Below, piece by piece: positions 36,618 through 44,843 of a DNA stretch of 64,000 nucleotides. The notes beneath the pieces are model-generated. The model made no database searches. It saw nothing but the letters and a program-made list of their open reading frames with translations, and was not told the origin of the DNA. Source of the DNA: Actinomycetota bacterium (GTDB lineage Bacteria; Actinomycetota; Thermoleophilia; BMS3ABIN01). The stretch spans positions 70,281 to 134,280 of the forward strand of contig JACRMB010000010.1 in assembly GCA_016235065.1 (NCBI GenBank), written 5' to 3'. Position numbers and translations under genes: made by a program. Position 1 is the stretch's first letter; each line of letters opens with the position of its first letter.

Positions 36618-38693
36618 ATGCCCGCTGCAGACCCTTCCAAAATCAGAAACGTAGCTGTAATCGGCCACCGCGGAACCGGCAAGACCAGCCTGACAGAAGC
36701 GATTCTTTTTACATCCGGCGCAGTGAACCGCCAGGGCACGGTCGAGCAGGGTTCCACGGTGGCTGATCATGATGATGACGAGAAGAAGCGGCAGATGTCC
36801 ATATCGGCATCACTTTGCAACCTCGAATGGCGCGACCGCCATATAAATCTTTTGGATACGCCGGGTGACCCTAGTTTCCACGCCGACACCATCGCCTCGT
36901 TGCGGGTCGTCGAGGGCGCGATTGTCGCCGTCAACGCCACCGTCGGCGTTGAAGTACAGCATGAGCGCCTCTGGAAACATTGCGAAGACAACAACGTAAG
37001 CCGGCTGGTATTCGTAAACATGATGGACCGCGAGCGGGCCGATTTTCTCGCCGCGGTGGAACAGCTAAGCGAAAGCTTCGGATCTGGGGCGGTGGCCGCG
37101 CAGCTGCCCATTGGGTCAGAAGACAAGTTCGAGGGTATCGTCGACCTTTTAACAATGAAGGCATGGCGATACAAAGATGGCAAGCCGGTTGAGGGCGACA
37201 TTCCCGCCGACATGACCGACCTGGTGAACGAATACCGCGACAAGCTGATGGATGAGGTTGCCCAGAACGACGACGACGTCATGGAGAAGTACCTGGATGG
37301 AAAGGATCTGTCGAACGAGGAGCTCTATCACGCCCTGAAGGAAGGCGTGGTAGCCGGTACTGTATTTCCCATTGGCGCCGGCTGCGCTACCAAACTCATC
37401 GGTGTCAGCAACCTACTGGATCTTCTCGTAGATGCCGTTCCGTCGCCTGCCAAGCATGGTTCGTTCAAGGCGATCGATGCCAGCGCTGGAGAGGTTGATC
37501 TCGAGGGCAAGGCAGAAGGTCCGCTGGCTGCATTCGTCTTCAAGACCCTCGCCGATCCTTTCAGTGGCAGGATCAATGTCATGCGGGTATTCTCCGGAGA
37601 AATGAAAAGCGACAGCAATGTATTCAACCCTGCCAGCAAGACCAAGGAGCACGTGGGCAAGCTGCTGCGGCTGCAGGGTAAAGACAACAGCCCCACGGAC
37701 ACACTCGGCCCCGGAGACATCGGTGCCGTCGCCAAACTCAAGGCGACCAATACCGGCGACTCTCTCTGTAACGAATCGCAGCAGATCATATTCTCGCCGA
37801 TCCAGTTTCCCAACCCGCTCATGTCATTCGCGGTCGAGCCCAAGAGCAAGGGCGACGAGGAAAAGATCGGCACCTCCCTCAAGCGGTTCGTGGAAGAGGA
37901 CCCGACGCTGGTCGTGAAACGCGACACCCAGACAAACGAACTCATCATTTCCGGCCTAAGCCAGGTTCACGTGGAGGTCGTCGTCGACCGCATGAAGGAG
38001 CGGTTCGGCGTCGAGGTGAATCTGAAGCCGCCTCGCGTTCCATACCTGGAGACCATCCGCAAGGAGGCTAAGGCCCAGGGCAAATACAAGAAGCAGACCG
38101 GAGGCCGGGGCCAGTACGGTGATTGCTGGCTGAAAGTCGAACCTCTGGCCAGCGGCGAGGGATTCGAGTTCGTCGACAAGGTTGTCGGCGGCGTCATCCC
38201 TCGCGGCTTCATCCCGGCAGTGGAAAAAGGCGTAATTGAGGCCATGAAGGAAGGTGAGCTTTCAGGCAGCCCGCTGGTCGATATGCGGGTTACAGTATAT
38301 GACGGCTCTCACCATCCGGTAGATTCTTCGGAAATGGCTTTCAAGATCGCTGCGTCCATGGGCCTGAAGAAGGCCATATCCGATGCGAACCCGATCATCC
38401 TCGAGCCCATCATGACTGTTCAGGTTACCGTTCCGGAAGAAAACGTGGGCGATGTCATCGGGGATATGAACTCCAGGAGAGGCAAGGTCCTCGGTATGGA
38501 GCCCAAGGGAAAGATGAACCAGGTAAATTCGGAAGTCCCACTGTCTGAGATGCTGGTATATGCGCCCGACCTGCGTTCTATGACCGGTGGCCGGGGAGAC
38601 TACACCATGGAATTCCTGCGTTACGAAGAAGTGCCTGCACACCTCTCTCAAAAGATCATCGAGCAGGTGCAAGCGGAAAAAGAAGAGAAATAA
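36618..38693 (+). CDS. Elongation factor G paralogue (EF-G-like GTPase) with non-canonical G-motifs
   Basis: 691 aa with the EF-G five-domain layout. The G-motifs deviate from consensus: G1 is GHRGTGKTS, G3 is DTPGD, and G4 reads NMMD instead of NKxD. Confidence 0.8.
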   Translation: MPAADPSKIRNVAVIGHRGTGKTSLTEAILFTSGAVNRQGTVEQGSTVADHDDDEKKRQMSISASLCNLEWRDRHINLLDTPGDPSFHADTIASLRVVEGAIVAVNATVGVEVQHERLWKHCEDNNVSRLVFVNMMDRERADFLAAVEQLSESFGSGAVAAQLPIGSEDKFEGIVDLLTMKAWRYKDGKPVEGDIPADMTDLVNEYRDKLMDEVAQNDDDVMEKYLDGKDLSNEELYHALKEGVVAGTVFPIGAGCATKLIGVSNLLDLLVDAVPSPAKHGSFKAIDASAGEVDLEGKAEGPLAAFVFKTLADPFSGRINVMRVFSGEMKSDSNVFNPASKTKEHVGKLLRLQGKDNSPTDTLGPGDIGAVAKLKATNTGDSLCNESQQIIFSPIQFPNPLMSFAVEPKSKGDEEKIGTSLKRFVEEDPTLVVKRDTQTNELIISGLSQVHVEVVVDRMKERFGVEVNLKPPRVPYLETIRKEAKAQGKYKKQTGGRGQYGDCWLKVEPLASGEGFEFVDKVVGGVIPRGFIPAVEKGVIEAMKEGELSGSPLVDMRVTVYDGSHHPVDSSEMAFKIAASMGLKKAISDANPIILEPIMTVQVTVPEENVGDVIGDMNSRRGKVLGMEPKGKMNQVNSEVPLSEMLVYAPDLRSMTGGRGDYTMEFLRYEEVPAHLSQKIIEQVQAEKEEK

Positions 38694-38737
38694 CTGCCTG
38701 GTTTCCGCATCTAAGCGCAACCCTCACAAACGAAAAA

Positions 38738-38757
38738 GCGGCCGGTTTCCCGGCCGC
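38738..38757 (-). terminator. Terminator between the convergent EF-G-like and NifU-like genes (bidirectional)
   Basis: GCGGCCGG-TTTC-CCGGCCGC, with an A-run upstream, which gives a T-run on the minus strand. Confidence 0.7.
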
Positions 38758-38791
38758 CTAATATCTCCCTAATAAGTACTACAGGTGGCTG

Positions 38792-39019
38792 TTAAACAGC
38801 CTCCACAGTGGTAACTTCGGGAATCTCTTCACGAAGGCGCTGCTCGATGCCCATCTTCAGAGTCATCTGGGACATCGGACAACTGCCACATGCGCCGGTC
38901 AGCTTGACCTTGACGACACCATCGTCGGAAACATCTATGAGTTCCAGGTCACCGCCGTCCTGTTGCAGGGCGGGCCGAATGCGTTCGAGAGCCTTCTCAA
39001 CTTTTTCGCGCAACATCAT
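38792..39019 (-). CDS. NifU-like (Nfu-type) Fe-S cluster assembly domain protein
   Basis: 75 aa with the GACGSCPMS motif. Confidence 0.85.
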   Translation of the reverse strand: MMLREKVEKALERIRPALQQDGGDLELIDVSDDGVVKVKLTGACGSCPMSQMTLKMGIEQRLREEIPEVTTVEAV

Positions 39020-39141
39020 TCACCTCCTCGCAGGAAGGAATATCCTTATAGAGGATACCCCGGAACATTATGCCAGAAACACGGTTCCATGCATAATGTG
39101 ACTGGTTGCTTTCCGTCCGGGCCGGTTGTTAGGATTCAGCT

Positions 39142-41802
39142 GTGCGTTCCACCGGCTGGCACACCTCTCCTTTGCCCTATGACACAGTCAGAAGGCTCTC
39201 ACAGGTACTGGGTACGAGCGAAGTCACAGCTTCAGTGATCGCCAGGCGTGGTTACTGCGATGCGGATTCGGCACTCAGGTTCCTTGACTCCGACGGCGAG
39301 CTGCACGATCCCTTCCTGTTCCCACAGATGCAGGCTGTCTGCGATCGCCTGATCGCAGCGATCTCGCAGGAAGAAAAGATATGCATACACGGCGACTACG
39401 ACGTGGACGGGATCACGTCGACAGCGCTGCTTCTCAGCATCATCCAGAGTTTGGGCGGCAACGTAACCGCCCATCTCCCCAACAGATTCACTGAGGGTTA
39501 TGGCATCGCAACCCAAGCGATAGAAAGGTTAGCGGAGCAGGAAACCCGGCTGCTGGTCACAGTCGATTGCGGCATCGGTGCCGTGGAGCAGATAGCGCGG
39601 GCAAAAGAACTGGGCCTGGACGCCATCGTCATCGACCATCATCGGCCTCCCGAAGGCGATCTGCCGGATGCCTTGATCATATCCCCGCTGGTGTGTGATT
39701 ACCCGTTCAAGGAACTGGCTGGTGTCGGCCTTGCTTTCAAAGTGGCTCAGGCGCTCCTGGAAAAAGCGATGCCCATTGAGTCTTCCGCTGATATCCATGA
39801 TATCCATCCTGAGGTCCAGAAGCACCTGGACCTGGTCGCGCTTGGCACCATTGCCGACGTAGTGCCACTGGTGGACGAAAACCGGACGCTGGTCAAACGC
39901 GGGCTTGTGCAGCTGTCACGTACGGGCAAGCCAGGACTGAAAGCGCTTATGAGCGCCGGTCAGGTGGAACCCGGCAGGATCAATGCCGGCCTGGTAGCTT
40001 TTCGCATGGCACCCCGCATCAATGCGGCTGGAAGGCTTGAGGATCCCGGACCGTCGCTCGACCTGCTGATGGCCGAGGATGAGCAAACAGCAAACGAACT
40101 GGCAGCCAGACTTGATGGCTTCAACCGCGAACGGCAGCGCATCGAGAATCAGATGCTAGCCGAAGCTCGAAAGATGATCGGCGAGTGGCCCCGGGAACGA
40201 CAGGACCAGCGCGGTTATGTACTCAGTTCCCCAGGTTGGCACGAGGGAGTAATCGGCATAGTCGCATCGAGGCTGGTCGATCTGTACTCACGCCCGGTCA
40301 TCATAATCGCGGAGGACGAAGACGCAGGTCTCGGCAAGGGCTCGGGCCGGAGCGTCGGCGATTTCGATCTGCACAGTTCCCTGGTTGAGCTCTGCGATTT
40401 GCTGAAAACTTACGGCGGCCATCGCGCTGCCTGCGGCTTATCTATCGAGTCAGGCAGGATCGAGGATTTCCGACAGCAGTTTGCTGATTACGCGGATAGT
40501 TGCCTGTCGGGCATGGAGCTGGAGCGCAGCCGGTATGTTGACGCGGTTGTTTGCGGTCGTGAGCTGACGCTCGAACTGGCACAGGAACTTTCCCGGCTGG
40601 AGCCCTTCGGCCTGGGGAATCCTTCAGTGGAACTGCTGGTCACCGGCGCCAGGATCAGTGACGACCGTGTGACCCGGGATGGGCAACATCTGCAATGCCT
40701 GGTGGAATCCGGCGGGACTCGCGCGAAGGCGATTGGCTTCGGCCAGGCATTCCTGCAGGACGCCATCAGGAGCACTCCGGATTGGGATGTTGCTTTTCAG
40801 CTCGAGCGCAATGAGTTCAAAGGTTCGGTCTCCCCGCAGTTACAGCTCCGTGAACTCTTTCCCCGAGCGAGCGGACCGGAGACGATAATGGGATTATGCA
40901 GCAGCGGTTGTGATTTCGATTGTCCTGAACGAGTCCGCGGAAAAGCCTTCTGGAGCCTTCTGACTGAAAACCTTGATATACCCGGTAGCTGGCAGCCAGG
41001 AACCGGGGGAGCTGCAATAGAAACAGCCGCAGAGTCGTCGCCCCTGAACGGCCGCCTGGTCGATCGCCGCGGCTATGGCAGCATTACCGGCCAGATCGCC
41101 AAGCTCCTGTCCGGCGGCGAGAACGTGCTGCTGCTGGTCGCCGATGTCGCCCGCCGGCGCCGGCTTGCCTCGCACGAGCTACCATTGTCTGGCAGCCAGG
41201 TGGAAAAGGTTCTTCTGGCCAGTGCCCGCTGTGACAGTCTTTTGCTCGAGAACAGATTGAAACAGACCGGATGCGGCGGCCAGACGGTCATGATCGCTGA
41301 TTTCCCAACTGCTGCTGCCATGCCCGAAGTCCTGGAAGCTTTCGAACACCTCGTCTTCATCGATCCTCCCTGGAACCAGATGATCCTGGATTCGCTGGCT
41401 GCCGCTGCCCCTGATGCCTATATTCATTTATTCTACTGTAGCGATGAGGTACAATTTAGCAGTAAGGTGCTTGAACACGAGTATGATCTTCGTAGTTCAC
41501 TGACAAGAGTGTACAAGCAGCTTGAAGCGGGAAAAACCTACCTCCTAGACGAATCTGTCGAAAGGCTTCTCCTCGCAGGTGGCAAGCATCTCCGCCAGCC
41601 GATGATGGTTGCCAGGTGCTTGAGGATCCTCGAGGAGCTGGGACTGATTTCTGTTGAGGATGAGGCCGGTGCGCCGATAATGACGGTGCTCGAGGCCAGG
41701 CACACGGAACTCGACCAGTCCCCCACATACAGGGGGCTGCAAAGCTTTTACAGGGAGAGTTTAAAATTCTTGAGCAAGTCGCCAGACGTGAAGGAGATCT
41801 AG
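39142..41802 (+). CDS. recJ: Single-stranded-DNA-specific exonuclease RecJ with a long C-terminal extension
   Basis: The DHH motifs IHGDYDVDGITS, VDCG and IVIDHH are present with a DHHA1 domain. The C-terminal 300 aa are of unknown function. Confidence 0.85.
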   Translation: MRSTGWHTSPLPYDTVRRLSQVLGTSEVTASVIARRGYCDADSALRFLDSDGELHDPFLFPQMQAVCDRLIAAISQEEKICIHGDYDVDGITSTALLLSIIQSLGGNVTAHLPNRFTEGYGIATQAIERLAEQETRLLVTVDCGIGAVEQIARAKELGLDAIVIDHHRPPEGDLPDALIISPLVCDYPFKELAGVGLAFKVAQALLEKAMPIESSADIHDIHPEVQKHLDLVALGTIADVVPLVDENRTLVKRGLVQLSRTGKPGLKALMSAGQVEPGRINAGLVAFRMAPRINAAGRLEDPGPSLDLLMAEDEQTANELAARLDGFNRERQRIENQMLAEARKMIGEWPRERQDQRGYVLSSPGWHEGVIGIVASRLVDLYSRPVIIIAEDEDAGLGKGSGRSVGDFDLHSSLVELCDLLKTYGGHRAACGLSIESGRIEDFRQQFADYADSCLSGMELERSRYVDAVVCGRELTLELAQELSRLEPFGLGNPSVELLVTGARISDDRVTRDGQHLQCLVESGGTRAKAIGFGQAFLQDAIRSTPDWDVAFQLERNEFKGSVSPQLQLRELFPRASGPETIMGLCSSGCDFDCPERVRGKAFWSLLTENLDIPGSWQPGTGGAAIETAAESSPLNGRLVDRRGYGSITGQIAKLLSGGENVLLLVADVARRRRLASHELPLSGSQVEKVLLASARCDSLLLENRLKQTGCGGQTVMIADFPTAAAMPEVLEAFEHLVFIDPPWNQMILDSLAAAAPDAYIHLFYCSDEVQFSSKVLEHEYDLRSSLTRVYKQLEAGKTYLLDESVERLLLAGGKHLRQPMMVARCLRILEELGLISVEDEAGAPIMTVLEARHTELDQSPTYRGLQSFYRESLKFLSKSPDVKEI

Positions 41803-44006
41803 AGTCCGAAGAGGCTGCTCTTCAGGACCTTTTCCAGGCTATCTCTGAATATAATCCCGATTTTGATCGTGATCTGATCACGCGGGCTTTCGTCTACTCA
41901 AAGGCACAGCATAAGGGCCGCTTTCGCAAGAGCGGCGAGGATTTCATCTACCACCCGCTGGGAACCGCCCGTATCTGCGCCGACCTCAAGCTCGACAGCG
42001 TGACGATCGCTGCAGCGCTGCTCCATGATGTAGTCGAGGATACTCCCACCACTGTTACCAATATCCGCGAGATGTTCGGCGAAGAAGTCGCTGACCTGGT
42101 CGATGGCCTGACCAAGCTGCAAAAAGTATCTCTCAAGAGCGAAGAAGAAGAACAGGCCGACAACCTCCGGAAGATGATAGTCGCGATGGCCAAGGACATC
42201 CGGGTGATCCTGATCAAACTGGCCGACCGCACGCATAATATGCGAACGATCTGCTACATGGACAAGCAGAAGCAGATCCAGAAGGCCAAGGAAACCCTTG
42301 AGATCTACGCTCCACTGGCTCACCGCCTCGGTATCTACAGCATCAAGTGGGAGCTTGAGGATCTTGCTTTTGCCGCCCTCCATCCGCGCAAATATTCCGA
42401 GTTGCAGCAGATGGTCGCCACACGCCGTGCTGACCGCGAAACCTATGTGGCCCAGGTGGCCGAGTACCTTAAGGTGGAACTCGACAAGGTCGGTATCGAG
42501 TCTGACATCGAGGGACGCGCCAAGCACTTCTACAGCATCTACACCAAGATGGTTAAGCGCGGCAAGGAGTTCAACGAGATCTACGACCTTACCGCCATGA
42601 GGGTGCTGGTCGACACCGTGAAGGATTGTTACGGCGCGCTCGGCATCATCCACTCCTTATGGAAACCGATGCCCGGCCGCTTCAAGGATTACATCGCCAT
42701 GCCCAAGTTCAACATGTACAGGTCATTGCATACGACGGTGATCGGGCCCCAGGGCAAGCCTCTGGAGATCCAGATCCGCACGCAGAAGATGCACCAGACT
42801 GCGGAATACGGCATCGCGGCGCACTGGCTCTACAAGGAAGCCAGCAAAACGAAAAAATCCAAGGAGCAGGCTGCGGACAAGCTCGCCTGGCTCCGGCAGA
42901 TGATGGAGTGGCAGAGCGAAACCGAGGATCCCAAGGAATTCATGAAGACTCTTCGCATCGATCTTTTCGAGGAAGAGGTCTATGTGTTCACGCCTAAGGG
43001 CGAGGTCGTAAGCCTGGCGTCGGGTTCTACTCCGGTTGATTTCGCCTATGCAGTCCATACCGACGTCGGCCATCATTGCGTCGGCGCCAAGGTCAATGGG
43101 CGCATCGTGCCGCTGCAGCACACGCTGCATAGCGGTGACTTCCTTGAGATCCTGACGTCGAAATCGAGCCAGGGACCCTCTCGCGACTGGCTCAATTTCG
43201 TCAAGACGAGCCGGGCGCGAAACAAGATCCGCCAATGGTTCAAGAAGGAACGCCGCCAGGATTCCGAACACATCGGCCGCGAGCTACTGCAGGAAGCACT
43301 TCGGCGCAAGGGTCTCGCCAGCCAGAAGATCGTCGCCTCGGCAGCATTCTCCGAGCTGACCAGGTCGATGGGCTTCCTCAAGGCTGAGGATCTCTATGTC
43401 AGTCTGGGAACCGGCAAGACTTCACCCCAGCAGGTTCTCACCAAGATCACCCAGCAGCTCGATGGCGCCGGCGAGATCCCATCGGTAGTGACCAAGTCGA
43501 CCATACCAGCCCGCGAGCGGTCCGCGACTGCTCCTCCAAAAGAACTCGGTATAAGCGTGGACGGAGTGAGCGATGTGGGCGTCAGGCTGGCCAAGTGCTG
43601 CAAGCCGTTGCCGGGAGACAAGATCGTCGGCTATATCTCACTAGGGAAGGGCGTGAGCATCCATCGAAAGGATTGCCCCAATGCCAAGGCGCTGACACTG
43701 CGTTCAGGCGAGCGTTTTATCGAAGTCGCCTGGAAGGGCGCCTCTGAAAAAGCTTTCCGGGCTGAGTTCCAGATCGAAGCCATGGACCGCAGCCACCTGC
43801 TCGAAGACATATCGCGCACCCTGAGCGAGGCCGGCATCAATATAGTCTCCGCCCAGTTGAGTACCATGCCTGACCATATGGTCAAAGACCGCTTCGTCGT
43901 GGAGATCGGCGACGCCAAGCTTCTTGACACGGTGCTCGATACCATCAAGGGCATCGATACCGTATTCGACGCCTACCGGATCACTCCAGGGATCGAAGAG
44001 GACTGA
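41802..44006 (+). CDS. rel: Bifunctional (p)ppGpp synthetase/hydrolase of the RelA/SpoT family. The start codon is unresolved.
   Basis: An HD hydrolase domain (HPLGTARI…LLHDVVEDT) is followed by a synthetase domain (YRSLHTTV, AHWLYKE), then TGS and ACT domains. The ORF track starts it at GTG 42000, inside the HD domain. The reading frame is open and homologous back to 41664, with no ATG, GTG or TTG in between. Confidence 0.8.
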   Translation, partial: ESEEAALQDLFQAISEYNPDFDRDLITRAFVYSKAQHKGRFRKSGEDFIYHPLGTARICADLKLDSVTIAAALLHDVVEDTPTTVTNIREMFGEEVADLVDGLTKLQKVSLKSEEEEQADNLRKMIVAMAKDIRVILIKLADRTHNMRTICYMDKQKQIQKAKETLEIYAPLAHRLGIYSIKWELEDLAFAALHPRKYSELQQMVATRRADRETYVAQVAEYLKVELDKVGIESDIEGRAKHFYSIYTKMVKRGKEFNEIYDLTAMRVLVDTVKDCYGALGIIHSLWKPMPGRFKDYIAMPKFNMYRSLHTTVIGPQGKPLEIQIRTQKMHQTAEYGIAAHWLYKEASKTKKSKEQAADKLAWLRQMMEWQSETEDPKEFMKTLRIDLFEEEVYVFTPKGEVVSLASGSTPVDFAYAVHTDVGHHCVGAKVNGRIVPLQHTLHSGDFLEILTSKSSQGPSRDWLNFVKTSRARNKIRQWFKKERRQDSEHIGRELLQEALRRKGLASQKIVASAAFSELTRSMGFLKAEDLYVSLGTGKTSPQQVLTKITQQLDGAGEIPSVVTKSTIPARERSATAPPKELGISVDGVSDVGVRLAKCCKPLPGDKIVGYISLGKGVSIHRKDCPNAKALTLRSGERFIEVAWKGASEKAFRAEFQIEAMDRSHLLEDISRTLSEAGINIVSAQLSTMPDHMVKDRFVVEIGDAKLLDTVLDTIKGIDTVFDAYRITPGIEED

Positions 44007-44478
44007 TGAGATTGAAGCAAGGACGTCGTTGGACCAGTGCCTTTGGAATCGTTTTCCTCGCCATGGTTTTTTTTGTGACTTCCGGTATCTTGCAGGCGGG
44101 GTGCGGTTCGGAAAGCAGTCCATCAGCTAAATACGATCTGCCGGCTTACGTCAACGACCCCTCGGCACCACCGGAAACCGCAAAGGCTTATCAGGCGGCA
44201 ATTGACTTCTCAGAGGATTTCGCAAAAATTCCCTGCTACTGTGGGTGTGGCGACAATGCCAAGCATGAAAGCCTCCAGGATTGCTTCATCTCCTCAATCA
44301 GGGGAGATGAGATCAGGTTCAGCAACCACGGCGCCGGCTGAGGCCTCTGCGTCGACGAAGCACTGTATGTGCTTCAAGGAAGGACAGGCGGGACTCCGAT
44401 CGAGGAAATCCGTAAGCAGATCGATCAGATGTATGGTGGCGGCAAAGCCGGCAAACCCACGCCTACTCAAGCGCCCTA
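44006..44478 (+). CDS. PCYCGC-motif lipoprotein, proposed to be a selenoprotein (in-frame TGA at 44339-44341 read as Sec)
   Basis: A signal peptide with the lipobox LQAGC and the IPCYCGCGD motif are present. The ORF stops at a TGA, but the same frame continues protein-like for 45 codons to TAG 44476-44478: …NHGAG-U-GLCVDEALYVLQGRTGGTPIEEIRKQIDQMYGGG…. The TGA falls at the first position of a UxxC motif. Confidence 0.45.
44357..44375 (+). promoter_or_regulatory. SECIS-like hairpin 15 nt downstream of the in-frame TGA
   Basis: Perfect 7-bp stem GAAGCAC-TGTAT-GTGCTTC. The loop contains GU. Confidence 0.4.
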
Positions 44479-44706
44479 GAAGATCTTCCCCGGATTCAGG
44501 ATCCCTTCAGGATCAAAGTTGTTCTTGATCGTGCCCGCCGACCCATCGTAGCTGTATTTATAGACGAGATCCTCCTCAGCAGCGTTCACATTTGAGGCGC
44601 CCACATTCTCGGCAGGGTTATTACCAAAGCACTACGCATGGATGCGTATCCATTCGATGCCGCCCGCGCTTAAACCTTTGAGGGCAATGTCCTCACAATA
44701 ATTCAT
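44476..44706 (-). pseudogene. Remnant of the 3' end of an FAD-linked oxidase (GlcD/D-lactate dehydrogenase-type C terminus) with an in-frame TAG
   Basis: The minus-strand frame reads MNYCEDIALKGLSAGGIEWIRIHA-*-CFGNNPAENVGASNVNAAEEDLVYKYSYDGSAGTIKNNFDPEGILNPGKIF*. The …IKxxFDPxGILNPGKIF ending is the signature C terminus of FAD-linked oxidases. Only about 75 codons are present. An RBS-like GGAGG lies upstream of the ATG. Confidence 0.45.
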
Positions 44707-44843
44707 GTTTTGCCTCCAAATGCGGGCATTTCTTCAAGAAGGCCGAGGGAGTGCCGACTATAGTATTGGGAGAAGCAGTGAAGGCGGCTGCCTTTTGTCT
44801 GGAAAATTTTAGTAAAGTCGTTCCTCGGGGGTAATAGAAACCT

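Noticed and set aside
36618-38693. Possibility that the EF-G-like GTPase is SelB, supporting the selenoprotein call
   Set aside because: It is 691 aa with the full EF-G domain III-V layout, not the SelB architecture of EF-Tu-like domains plus C-terminal winged helices. It cannot be used as evidence for Sec machinery.
41898-42653. Minus-strand 251-aa ORF
   Set aside because: It lies entirely antisense to the well-conserved RelA/SpoT HD domain and is a GC-rich shadow ORF.
44202-44528. Plus-strand 108-aa ORF overlapping the PCYCGC gene in another frame
   Set aside because: It is out of frame relative to the conserved PCYCGC motif. The in-frame read-through of the TGA gives the more protein-like product.
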